A stretch of DNA of 64,000 bases from Chromera velia (Eukaryota), in the NCBI GenBank assembly GCA_018398765.1, contig JAHBMJ010000002.1, forward strand, positions 62,001 to 126,000, written 5' to 3'. Shown here in pieces: positions 51,460 through 63,808 of the stretch (the stretch's first letter is position 1; each line of letters opens with the position of its first letter). A program made the translations under genes and the position numbers. Below the pieces are notes generated by a model, which saw nothing but the letters and a program-made list of their open reading frames with translations, searched no databases and was not told the origin of the DNA.

Positions 51460-52137
51460 GTACACACTCAATACGTCCGTGAAAAACAGCTACTATTCAG
51501 TCTATAGCCATATTTAATAAAATAACAATAATTCAGTGCTGCACTGCATGAAGCTAGCACCGAAGAAGACGTTTGACTAGGGCAGATCTCTCTGACACCC
51601 CCCTCAGTGCGTTACCACACACCAGTGGACCCTTTCTCCCTTTCTTTCTCTAGTTCTTTCTTCGGCTCTCACCCTACACTCTGACGGTCCTCGCTCCCCC
51701 TTCTTTATCATAAAAAAACGATTTTCTGCATGGCCCATTGCGTTCCTCCCCCAACTTCCACGTTGCCTCCTCAGTGCTATCATTTCTCAAGAACTGATCA
51801 CACGCATTCAAATCGAGAGCAGATCTATACATTTGGTCATGATACAGAGAAATGCACGAAGCAGTTCGATATCGTTCATGCAACAAGAGTTCGTGGGAGG
51901 ACTCCATGGACAAAGCACGCAAGATACCGCAAGCAACGCGGATTTTGTTAGAGCCTAAATGCGATAGATCTCCAAAGTTGTCACCAGGGCCATCAAGGTC
52001 AGGTATTTTGCCCTCGACGCACAGTGACTGCCTCTGGTGAGGGCACCCATCCCGAAACTGGATCATTTACAGAGAGGACTCTTCTCAATTTCATTTACAC
52101 TGTGTGGCTGGTCAACTGAAGACCAGTTCTTCTTCTG

Positions 52138-52824
52138 CTAATGCAGTCCAGTTGCAAAGAGAAGGGGTACCACCACTGCGGATGCTGTTGCAATCATGGA
52201 AGGCGTTGAAAGCATCGGGGCCGCAGACTGAGTCGTGTTTGTGGTTGTACCTGTCTCGGCAAAGTACCCCTCTGCCTTCACCCTACAGCCTGCTTCGTCA
52301 TTCTTTGCAGCAAGCACGTTTTCCTCGAACCCCCCTTCCATGTTTGGTGTATCTGTTGTGAGAGTGTCTCCTCCCTTGTATCGACATACGAACAGCGTGT
52401 CCTTCTTCCCGCACCCAAACGAAGTCATCCCTTTCCACACGATGATGGTGAAGTGCCCCGCCTCTTTGACAAACTTCCCCGCGCCCTTCTCGTCTCCGTT
52501 CGTGAAGTATTTGTCTTTCTCACTGTACCATCCAGCAACTGCGGTGGTGGGAGTGGCATAGTACTTCGCCAGATTCTCCGCAGCCGGACCTTCGCATGGA
52601 GGCAAGTCGTATGAATTGGAGTGCTCAAATTTCTCGCGTTCTGCCCAGTTTTCTGCTGATGCTGCTACACACAAGTCCCAAGGAACCATGTCTACTCCGT
52701 GCATGCAACGGTAAGTGTTGTGCGCAACGCTGAACTGCTTAATCTCATCCATGGTCATGTTGTAAGCTGTGCCGACGGTGACCAGAAGTGCCGCCAGCGC
52801 AGCACGAAAGAGTGGCGTGGCCAT
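52138..52824 (-). CDS. CAP/SCP (PR-1-like) secreted protein, possibly GPI-anchored
   Basis: Signal peptide MATPLFRAALAALLVTVGTA. CAP motifs HNTYRCMHG, FEHS, AENLA, GWYSE, GHFTIIVWKG, GCG and VCRY. A Thr-rich stalk precedes a hydrophobic tail. Confidence 0.92.
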   Translation of the reverse strand: MATPLFRAALAALLVTVGTAYNMTMDEIKQFSVAHNTYRCMHGVDMVPWDLCVAASAENWAEREKFEHSNSYDLPPCEGPAAENLAKYYATPTTAVAGWYSEKDKYFTNGDEKGAGKFVKEAGHFTIIVWKGMTSFGCGKKDTLFVCRYKGGDTLTTDTPNMEGGFEENVLAAKNDEAGCRVKAEGYFAETGTTTNTTQSAAPMLSTPSMIATASAVVVPLLFATGLH

Positions 52825-53736
52825 CTTGCCACCTCGACAGAGAAAAGAAGTCTTGCAGATAAAACCGTTCCAAGGCTTTGCAAAGCAAGACTGTTGTGCT
52901 ATGTAGAGCTACAGGGCATCAACAGTACTATAGGGAAGGAGAGAAGAAACAAGGGACGAAGACGGCATGTAGAGCCGATTACTTACCGCATGCATGTAGA
53001 ATTCGGCTTTTTTTGTGCCTCGGATGGCAGCTTTCAAGGCAAGAGGCCCCAGTAACTTCGCACGTGCGGCCGCAAAGTTTCGCAAACGGCACTCATGCAG
53101 AAGATAGCCGGACCTGGAATTTCCGATCAAGGCACTAATCAAAAAGAGAGTGTATCGTAAAGTGAACTGTGACTGAGTTCCACCGATGCCCGGCGCAGTT
53201 TCTCCAGAGATTCGACGCTTTTTTCAGGTGTCGGCGGTATGCTATTTTTTTTCCGTGGGCCTCTAAAAATTCGACACAGAATCGGTACAGGCGCGCGACA
53301 CGTGTTGTTCACTTTTTTCTGAGAGCACGAAAACAACATGCATGCAGCAGGACCTTGTATATATATTCGACTTCGGATCTGGTGACACGCCTCGAAAAAG
53401 TCATTGAGTTTTCATCGTAAGCATCAAAACTCGAGAGAGAGGTCAGAAGACACCAAACAATAAGTTCGGCCTTCTAATTAATCGTACCAAGACATTCTTT
53501 GAAACAACGACTTCAATTCAGAGTCCGCAACACTCAGAAAGGAAACCCTTCGGACGCGGCTCTTGCTCAGGAGCCTTGAGCGGCTCGTCTGCGCACATCA
53601 GCAAAAAGCTGGTTGTTCAGCTTGCAGCTTTAACGTAGTCTCTGAATCAGACTCTTTCACTGAGTGACAAAGAAAGAGAGAGAGAGAAAGGAGTTTATTT
53701 GCTGCTGTTGTTCTGTTCTTCTGTTGAGCTGTAACG

Positions 53737-56700
53737 ATGATGTCTACCCGATCGCTGTTGCTGGCACTGCTCGTCGGTGTTGCAGCCGTGAGTGTTCCCC
53801 TTGTGCTCCAAGTGAGCGAGAGTGAGATCAAAGAATCCCTGAATGTCCGACAGAGGAAGACAGTCACTTTTGACATCACCAACAACGGAGAGGAAGACAT
53901 CACTTTGAACATCGATCTCGAATCCGGTGTCTACTCAAAATGGTGGTGGCTGCCCGTGGGCGTCTTCCGCTCTGTTGACTTCTTCAACTTCTGGACGTAC
54001 TACCTCCCCGGAGGGGGGGTCTTCAGGTCTCAGCCCTGGCAACCGTCAGTCGACACCCTACCTGCTTCCTTCGATTCTTGTTGCACAAGCAACACTTGAA
54101 CAACACTGTGTGTTGCTCACTGTTGAATCACTCCCTCTATCCCCCCCCCTCCTTGCAGGTTTGTGCCTGGTGGTGGTGTCTTCCGCAACTTTACGTTCAT
54201 GCCTCCTGGAGGAATCTTCAGGAGCACCATGAGCTACCCTTCCACCTTCATGCCCAGCGACATGCCCACCAGCCAGCAGACATGGTTCTTCCCTTCCACT
54301 GGCCTCTTCCGCTCCCTCCCCTACTACGCCCCCGTCGCTCCCTGGATCGGCGAGGGTGACCTCGTGAATGCCGAGAACACGACTTGGAACGGCTACCCCT
54401 TCCTTCCCGGTGGTGGCGTGTGGAGGTCCACTGACGACTACTGCCCCTGGTGCGGGTTCCTCCCTGGAGGGGGTCTCTTCAGAACTGAAGATAACTTCTG
54501 GTACGTCTACCTTCCCGGTGGAGGAATCTTCAGATCCGATGGAAGATTCTATGAGCCATTCACCCCTGGTGGAGGCATCTTCAGAAACGATTCCTCTTGC
54601 CCCCCCGGAGGCTGCCCCTTTTTCCCTGGTGGTGGGGTGTTCAAAGGAGACGAGGGGACCTTCGATGAGACCTTCGTGCAGTCGAACGGTTTCGCTTCCG
54701 AGGAATTTTTCCCTCAGGGCCTTTTCCGTAGTTCCGCAGACGGTTTCGGTCTCCCTGTAGGTCTGTTCAGAGAGGAGGAGGGACAGGAAGATACCCTCTT
54801 CATGCCTGGAGGCGGACTGTTCCGCAGTCCCAACGGGTCCGTCCCGTTCCTTCCCGGCGGCGGCATCTTCCGCAACGGCACTGGAGGAGACGTTCCCTTC
54901 ATTCCCTCTGGTCTTTTCAGGGAGATGACTGAAGGAAGCACCTTCCCCGAGTCGTTCGTTCCCATCGGTCTGTTCAGAGACAACAACAGCAACCCCGTGC
55001 CCTACTTGCCTATTGGCCTGTTCAGAGGCAACGAGACAGACTTCCAACCCTTTTCCCCTGTCGGGCTCTTCCGTCAGGCTGATGCCTCCACCTTCCAGCC
55101 CTTCATTCCCGGCACCGGACTCTTCAGAGAGGACAGTGGAGCTTTCTTCCCTCTGTTCCTCCCTGGAGGGGGAGTCTTCAGAAACGACTCCGGCACTGCC
55201 TACTATCCCTTTGTGCCCTCCGGCCTCTTCAGAGACTCCGACGGTGCTGTGTGGGAGACCAACGAAGGGTCATCCTTCTCTCAGCAGGTGGAGGTGGTCG
55301 GTGCCTCCGATCTCTCCTCCTGGGCCAGACTGAAGAGCTCATCCACAGTGTACCTCAGAAAGGGAAAAACCACTACAGTCAGAGTGGAACTCCTCGGCGC
55401 TCGTCACGGACAGTTCGGGTCAGTTGGAAGGAAGAGGGAGAAGCTAGATAGACAGACAAAAAAGGGAGGGGGGGAGTGACAAGAAGGGGGGGGCAACAAA
55501 TGTTGTCGTCTCCAGTCAGTCTGATACAGAATGTTTTCCTGTCGGGTGATGTGGTATTGTTTTCTCGTGTTTCATGATCTTTCTCCTTTGTGTGATTCCA
55601 TCGTAGAGTGCTCTCTTCCAAACTTCTCTTCTCCTCTTCTTCTTCTCTGCCTTTTTCATGCAGTGCTGACCTGAAGATCTCCGCTGAGGGCCATGAGACC
55701 ATCAGCGTCCCCATCAAACTGGACGTCCACGGCACCCCCCAGGCCGAGTCTCTCCCTGAGGAGATGGATTTCGGCACCCAGGCCGTGCACCAACCCTCCG
55801 AGGCCAAGTCCTTCGATATCGGCAACAAGGGCACCTGGCACAGCAGCAACACCCCCCTCTTCGTGGAGGTCGCCTCTGTGAACAGCGAAAAGGGACACCA
55901 GGCAGCCTTCGAGGTCCTCCCCCCCGTTGGCTCCGTCATCGTCGTAGACTCCTCTTCCAAGATCGAGGACGCGGTCCAGGTCCGGTGCGTTCCCTACGCC
56001 TCCGGATCTCTTGAGGCAGAGCTGGTCTTGAAGACCAACGAGGAAGGAGACGGCATCGGGTCCTCTCTTGAGAAGACACGCACCGTCTCCCTCAAGTGCG
56101 CTGGTGCCGAGATGTCCGTCACCCCTGACGCCATCGCAGCAGTTGTTGACCCTGACGTTCCTGCAGACGTTGAGGTCTCTCTGCAGAACCTGAAAGTCGA
56201 GGGTGACCTCTCCTACACCGCCTTCTTCCTTCCCGAGGGCGACTACTCTGCCGATGTCGTTTCCTCCTACACCGTCTCTGAGGGGGGGTTTGCCTGGATG
56301 GACATCCATGGCCTGTCTGGAGCCAGACGTTTGAACAACAACGCCAGGCGACAGCTGCCCTTCCCCGTCAGGACCATGGGAGGCCCTGCAAGCCACGTGA
56401 AGATTCTGGAGGACGGAAAGGTCGAACTCTACTCTAACGACCCCAACCACTCCACACAGGTCTGTCTGTCCTTGGGGGGTCTTGTGATCACTCAGGTTGA
56501 GAGCAGCTGCTAGCTTCTAACTCTCCTCACCGTCCTCCGAAATACCCCTCTATCCTTCCTCTGTCTACACAGACGTGTTTTCTTCCAGCAGCTTATCGAT
56601 GTCCTCGACCATGTGAATTCATCAACTCTCTTCTCTCTCTTTCCCTTGACCGCACATTTGCAGATTCTGGCCCCCTACGCCACCGACTTGAAGCGTCCCG

Positions 56701-59350
56701 TGTTTGGCAACAGGGACACCGGAATCTGGTACATGGAGAGTGAGGATTCTGTGACCGTGCAGTGGGAGAGAATGAAGCTCGGCTACTTCTCTTCCACCGT
56801 CATGACCTTCCAGGTGGTCATTCACAAAGACGGCACTATCAGATTCTTCTATAAACAAATGGACGGAACTGACCAAGTCTGCCTCTCTGACTCCTGCAGC
56901 GACAAGCCCTTCATCGGCCTTGCTGTCGAGTCTGACCACACAAAGGACATCGTCTTTGAACCCACCGCCTCCTTCCCTGCAGAGTTCATGGCTTTCTCCT
57001 TCCAGCCCTCAGCCCCCGCAGGCGCCCTTGAGGTTGTCTTCTCTTCCTCTTCCGGCACCGTCTCACCCGCCTCCTCTGAATCCTCCGCCGTCCAGTCCAC
57101 CGCATCCGACGATCCTTGCCCCTTCTGCCCCTTCCTCCCGGGAGGAGGCATCTTCCGTGGCAACGGCTCCGCCCCCTTCATTCCCGGTGGTGGCATCTTC
57201 AGAAACGAATCTTCCTGGTCTCCCTTCCTTCCCGGTGGGGGTGTGTTCAGATCCGAAGAGGAATTCAACCTCCTCTTCGTGCCCCAGGGAGGTGTGTTCA
57301 GATCCGATGCATCCACAGGCAACGCATGGGACCTTATGGCATTCAACCCTGCTGGGGGTGTCTTTAGAAACGGCACCTACCCCACTCCCTTCCTTCCCGG
57401 TGGGGGTGTGTTCCGATTTATGCCCGGAGGAGGTTTGTTCAGATCGAACGCGTCCGAAGTGTTCATTCCCGGTGGTGGTATCTTCAGACAGGAGGACGGG
57501 TCGACGGTCTTCATCCCTCCTGGAGGATTGTTCAGATCCAATGACAGCACTCCCTTCATCCCAGGGGGAGGTCTCTTCAGAGGATCCAACGATTCTACTC
57601 CCTTCATTCCTGGAGGTCTGTTCAGATCCAATAACTCCACTCCCTTTATCCCCGGTGGACTTTTCAGAAACGATTCTGGCACCATCCCCTTTATCCCTGG
57701 TGGTCTGTTCCGTGGCAACGAGTCCATTCCCTTCATTCCCGGAGGTCTCTTCAGATCCTCCAACGACTCTTCCCCCTTCCTTCCTCCCGGAGGTATCTTC
57801 AGAAGCCTTCCCGGAGTGTACACCTTCTCCCCCAACGGCATCTTCAGAAATGAAGAGAACGGATCCGGCCCCTCGGTGTTCATCCCTCAGGGCGCCTTCA
57901 GAGGACTCAGTGGAGAGGAAGTCAACGAATTCCTTCCCGTCGGTGTGTTCAGAAACGCCTCTTCTGATCCCTTTGTGCCTATCGGCATCTTCAGAGGCTT
58001 CGGAGATCAGGGAGAAGAGCAGTTCGTCCCCTTCGGATTCATCGTCACCCCTGTCGGGTACACCCCTGTGGGTGTGTTCAGAACTGACGGCGCCAACGGA
58101 CCCTTCGTCCCTGTCGCTCTCTTCAGAGACCAGGGCACTGCCGGAGCTGCCCCCTTCCTTCCCGCCGGAATCTTCAGAGAGTCCAACGGCGTTCCTGAAG
58201 AGTTCATCCCCATCGGACTCTTCAGAGATGCCTCCTCTGACGGACCCTATATCCCTGCAGGGCTCTTCAGATCTTCTATGGACCTTGCTCTTGCCAATTT
58301 CCCCTATCTCCCTGTGGGCATCTTCAGAGAGACCCTCGAGGCCTCTCCGTTCCTTCCGATGGGAGTCTTCAGAACAGAGGGAGACTTTTCTTGGCCCTTT
58401 GTGCCGTTGGGACTCTTCAGAGGCAACGAGACCGGAGACTTCTCTCCCTTCATGCCCACCGGTGTGTTCAGAGAGGAGACTGCTGAGACATTCATCTGGC
58501 CCTTCCTCCCCGGCGGGGGCGTTTTCAGAGACGAGACTGCAGGGACCGTGTCTGGACCCGAGTTCTTTCCCTTCATCCCCGGCACAGGCCTCTTCAGGTA
58601 CGGCGATCAGTCTCACAGTGCATGCATGAATGCATGGATGCACGAACATGTTGCCAGTCAAAGAAGCACTACTTTCAAACGACTAGATCGTTTCCCTATC
58701 CATAAAATGAAGTGCTTACCCCCGTGGCTAACAGCAACGTCCTTTTATTGCCTTTACCCCTTAATTCCCTCCTCCTGTCTTCCTTCTGTGTTTCAACCCC
58801 CCCTGCATGCAGGTCCGAGACTGCCGCCCCCGGTCAGGCTCTCGTGAAGGCCTCCCTGAAGCTCCCTGCTGGGGGTTCCACCGGGTCCGTCTACAGAGGC
58901 AAGATCGTCCTCAGAACCTCCGACCCCTCCGTGCCTGTCGTGGAGGTCCCCGTGGAGATCAAACAGGCTGAGGTGCCTGACATGCCCACCACAACTACCA
59001 CCACCACGACCACCACCACCACCCCCGGTGCCTCTACCACTACCACTACTACCACCACAACTGCAGCAGCAGGCGACGCTGTGATCCCCTCCAGCCCCCT
59101 GCTTCAGTTCGAGCGCATCCCCGGTGCCGCCATCAAGGGACACAACCAGGAGGTTGCAGTGACAGCCGACGTGGAGGCCTGTGCTTCTGAGTGCCTGGCT
59201 CGGTCCTGGTGCAAGTCCTTCGACTGGGAGGTGCTCAAGAACGAGTGCAAGATGTCGATGCAGGACAGGTACTCTGTGGGGGAGGGTGGGTTCATCGAGC
59301 TTGCTCACGGATGGGTGGACTATTATGGCAGATACAGAGAGGCTCGTTAA
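53737..59350 (+). CDS. Secreted ~1611-aa protein: signal peptide, Ig-like domains, NIDO-like insert, two arrays of FxPGGGxFR repeats, Thr-rich linker and PAN/apple domain; exons 53737-54044, 54159-55418, 55664-56459, 56664-58597, 58813-59350
   Basis: Four phase-compatible GT-AG introns give 4836 nt in one frame. The PAN domain reads FERIPGAAIKGHN..CASECLARSWCKSFDW....CKMS..VDYY. Ig-like strands include VTFDITNNG and YRGKIVLRTSDPSVPVVEVPV. The NIDO-like part reads ILAPYATDL..VTVQW..TFQVVIHKDGTIRFFY. Confidence 0.85.
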
Positions 59351-61469
59351 AGGAAAGTCAAAGAGGGGTTGGAGAAACACGAAGAGAGAAGGGAGGAAGG
59401 AGAAGCAGCGAGGGCATCTGAGCATTCTCAGCTCCTGTTCCTGCCGTCCCTTTAGAGAGCAGAGAGAGACCCCACATGCACACATTCACAGAGAGTAGTG
59501 AGAGAGAAGACGTTCCCCGACTGCGAAAAACGCGAGTCGGAGAATGAATAGATGAGAGAGTCTCGTGAAAAGACGAAAGAGAATCATTCACTTGAATTCC
59601 TGCCTGTTTGCTCAGACAGCAGAATGAGCGATCAATCAAATTTTTCCCCGGAAAGGGTTTCCTTCCTTCCACCCGCCTTTCCGGTGTGTGAATGAGGGTG
59701 TAGAGAAGAGAAGAGAGAGCCGAGCGTGCGAAGGATTTTGGCTGATGCAGCCAATCGAGTTTCCTTCATGCATGCAGTCAGGTGTGTTTGTCTACCGGGT
59801 TCTTGATTTGGTTTTTCGTTCACATTTTCTGTTGTATTGTTGCACTGTTTGAACAGAAGAGTTGAATGAAGTCTTGGCTCCCTTGTCTTGTCTATCACAC
59901 ATTCTTGTAGAAGCAGTAACTGTCAGAAGCCCTGCCATGTTGCGTCCGCATGGCGAGAGAGAAACGGGGAAAGAAACCTCGGAGGGCATTGTGGAACGAA
60001 AGCAGTGACTTTTGCCGTTATTTTCCGTGTAAATGAAGTCTCTATTAAGTCGATACGCGCGGTCTGACCATGCTTGGTACAGTGCAGGGCTTGCGAGCAA
60101 AAGCCGCGGCCTCTGTCCGTGCCTCGTTCATGTCCCAAGAGAGCGAAAAAAAAACGAATCGATGCTCAAAGAGAGAGGCTTTGTCAGAACGACAAAACTT
60201 GTGTGTCTGTGTATTTGCATGATAATGCGTGTCATGCATGCAACTTTTGCTGTGCGCGCGCAGTTGTGCATGCTAACAACGGAGGAAGTGGTCACACGGC
60301 CTTCGTGTGCAAGATGTGTGCCTGCATGACGAAGTGTAATCTTTTACAGAGGAAGAAATCACTGCTGATTCACTGCATTCAGGATACAGTGGGTTTACGG
60401 ACATGCAGCATCTGTGTTGTGATGGTTTTGCATGGTCAGCCTGCTTGTAAATAAAGCTTTGATCGAATGCGGCTTCCAACTATCTGCATGGCGGCTGGTA
60501 AAGATCAAAGAAGTACACAAGCAGACGCTTTGTTAATTTACCTATATGTGGCCAACTAAGCGATATTATGCCTCCAAAATTATTCTTATCGGCAATACTA
60601 CTGCTATAAATGATAGCTAGCAGGATAGCATGTTATTGTAAAAAAAAAAGTTTGTCAAAGATTTTTTTTCTTCTCCAAAACAACGCACTGTTGTTAATTT
60701 AGCTGTTAATTGCACGGGTTTTACACAAGTGCATGTTATAAGGCACATGTTGCAGACCCTTAAAAAAAAAAAAGAAGAATGTATGTATCTCACTTTTTAG
60801 TAACTGTGATAATTAAAAAAGTAAGACCCTAAGAGATTATTCCTAAATTATTCAGCTAGTCATTTAGAGCTAGATTCAGAGATTACTGCACTGTTTGCGG
60901 AGGCGACCTCTAAAAATCTTTAAAAGATCTAGTATAAAAAATTAAATCTAGGATTAAACACTAAAAGTTTAAACACTGTAATATAATCAGTAGTTTAGCG
61001 GTAAGGGAGCTCATATAATTCCAAGGCATTAAGGTAATTACACTAGACTAGTCGATTCCTCGCTCTGTTCCTGTTGCAAGTAAGTCTCTTCATGTAGAAC
61101 GCTACCGCACTTCAATTCTAGTAGGCTCGACTCTCAAAGTGCACACGCGCGGATAATGCTAAGACAGAACGAGCGCGGTCTGGCCCGGCGCAGCCCGATC
61201 CAACGCTGACGAATGGCGGCAAGCCGGCGGCACAAGCGTTCCCGTCACAAACACTGCTTTTAGAAAATTAACTAAAATTAAGCTAAAAATTAAGGAACAT
61301 ATCAAATGATTATTTATACTCGATTTTTTAGTTATAAACTGTCGCCATTCATGCTGGCTTACTATATAGTATATCTAGTATTACATAGGTTTATGTCATA
61401 CATGTGTGACGAACATATACTACTACTATGATATACGACTACTGATACAGAGTCCCCCAGGGGGGGGGG

Positions 61470-61781
61470 NNNNNNNNNNNNNNNNNNNNNNNNNNNNNNN
61501 NNNNNNNNNNNNNNNNNNNNNNNNNNNNNNNNNNNNNNNNNNNNNNNNNNNNNNNNNNNNNNNNNNNNNNNNNNNNNNNNNNNNNNNNNNNNNNNNNNNN
61601 NNNNNNNNNNNNNNNNNNNNNNNNNNNNNNNNNNNNNNNNNNNNNNNNNNNNNNNNNNNNNNNNNNNNNNNNNNNNNNNNNNNNNNNNNNNNNNNNNNNN
61701 NNNNNNNNNNNNNNNNNNNNNNNNNNNNNNNNNNNNNNNNNNNNNNNNNNNNNNNNNNNNNNNNNNNNNNNNNNNNNNNNN
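61470..61781. other. Assembly gap (N run) flanked by poly-G
   Basis: 312 N between G homopolymers. Confidence 0.99.
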
Positions 61782-62329
61782 GGGGGGGGGGGGGGGCTTT
61801 AACATCGCACACTCCGGAGTGAACTTCTGTAAAAGAACAGCTAATCCTTTTTTCGTGCTTTAATTTAGCCTTTAAACCATGCGTTAATTAAATACGTGTG
61901 GTCCATAATGTGGATGGTGTTTTGATCTTCTTCGCGGATATATGTCGACGTATGGATTGTCTTTCCAGTTTGCCTCTGTGAAACTCCCTCACCAGCTCTC
62001 TCAGCCGTCAATCACACTTACACCCTCGCATGGAGAAGGGTGCACGGGTTTTCATGCAGCAAATTCAGAAGAAAAAAAAATTCAACGGCCCATCATGTTC
62101 AACATACACTCAAGCAGAGCACAGGCTGCACAGAATATGAAATGCTGTCCAAGCAAAGAGAAACACAGGGAATGATAGCGAGGAGCAAGGAAACCGGTCG
62201 TAAGGCTCAGCCTTAGGAAAAAAGGGAGGCACAAACTGACAAGACAGTTCCGAAGAAACAAAGCACAGGAATTGACGTTCAAGGGTTGACATTTGACTCA
62301 CAACTTGGGTAGCGCCAGGAAGGAGACAT

Positions 62330-63808
62330 TCATACAGGGGTAAAGTGTAATTCAAACAAAGATCGAAACGTCATGGTCGTCTTCATCATGGACTTGCGGA
62401 AGTCATTCACGAATGGATAGACAGATGAAAGAAAGGCAAATCTTGAATTCAGAACTCGAAGAAATTCAAGCACAGGCGAATCTGCTGGCTGATGGTCCTC
62501 GGCAACGTTAAGTGCCGTCCCTACCCCCCTTTCCCCAGCGCCTATGTCAACCCCAATGGAAACCAAACGCCGTGCAATACGCAGCTTTTTTGCGAAAAGA
62601 TGTCGTTCGTTCTCTTTTGAATCGAGGACGAATGCAACGTAGTGAAGCGCAGTACGCGCAACATTGTCTACTGCAAGGGGGTGAGCACCTCTCGCCAACA
62701 AAAGATTGAAGACATTCAGGGTGCCGTTCCCAGCTGCAACATGAATGACTGTGCGACCCTCTTTATCCCTTGCATGAATATCAGCCCCGCGAGAAATGAG
62801 CAACTCTGCAATGTCTCTGAAATCTCTGCTAGAATCTCTGAGATGCCCCCAATCAATACGAGCAGTACAAAACAGCGGAGTCTGTCCATACTGGTCCCTC
62901 TCGTTCACTCTTGCCCCGCGGTTAAGAAGCAATTGCACCACGTCTTTTCGGCCAAACCTTACTGCTGCAAAGAGAGCGGTATGACCGAATGCGCCCGTGG
63001 CATGCACGTTGGCACCCTGCGAGACAAGAAAATGGACCAGATCTACTGAACCCAATGCGGCGGCAAAATGGAGCGGTGTGACCCCCTTTTCACTGCTTGC
63101 CTCTAACTCTGCGCCGCTGCACACGAGGTACTTTGCAACTTCAGATCTGCCCTTCTTGTAAGCGACATAGAGGGCCCTCATCCCTCCTGAAACCTAAAAC
63201 TCCAGCGCTGCCCCCGCCCCTACAAGAATCTTGACTGCCTCCAGACTTCCAAAGTTGATTGCTCTAATCAACGCTGTCTCTTGAACTTTTTCTATGACTC
63301 CTGCCTGTGACTCACCCTGGGGCACCTCCACGACAGCGTCCACTGCCGCCCCAACCTTCAGGAGAAGCTCGAGGTCTTCCCTCTTCTGCCTCTCCCCTGT
63401 ATTCATGAAGGCATCGAGAGCCTGAGGCAGGGTCTCGCCCGTGACTGTCTGGAAGTAGGGGATCACTTTGCGCATTGCGAGGGTAAAAAGCGGCTCCACA
63501 TCCATCCTGTAGTACAAACTCAGGAGTGTATTCAACTCTATCCTCACACCCCTCCTCATATCCTCTATCAGTTTTGTAAGTCGGTGAAGAGCAGCCGCCT
63601 CCGTCGGAAGCAGCACAGAAGGCGTTTTGTCATGGAGAAGGTCTGGAGAGGAGACATCTCTTTTGGGCGGGTCGGAAAACTTGACAGCACCCAGGAGATC
63701 GTCCATATTCTCCACCAGACCCGCAACCTCCCTGAGGCTCTCAGCAAGAGTCCTCAGCCCTTTGCGGACAGGCATAAGACTCGCGGCTGTTCTTTCCCTT
63801 CGCACCAT
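62330..63808 (-). pseudogene. Inverted paralog of the 21692-23089 ankyrin gene with an in-frame TAG
   Basis: Highly similar along its length. GAG CTT CAG GTT in copy 1 corresponds to GAG TTT TAG GTT here (stop at 63194-63196), and the frame continues after the stop. Confidence 0.8.

Noticed and set aside
56920..58661. Long alternative-frame and antisense ORFs (569 aa +, 532 aa -; also 54058-55047 -)
   Set aside because: They are shadows of the repetitive, codon-biased real exon and carry no independent motifs.
60892..61252. Second solo LTR (TGTTTG...CAAACA)
   Set aside because: The flanks do not form a matching TSD, so it is not supported.
61362..61822. ORFs spanning the N run
   Set aside because: Artefacts of the assembly gap.
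63194..63196. Stop-codon readthrough or alternative genetic code at the in-frame TAG (and TGA at 15343-15345)
   Set aside because: The paralog has CAG here, other genes use standard stops, and simple nonsense mutation explains both.
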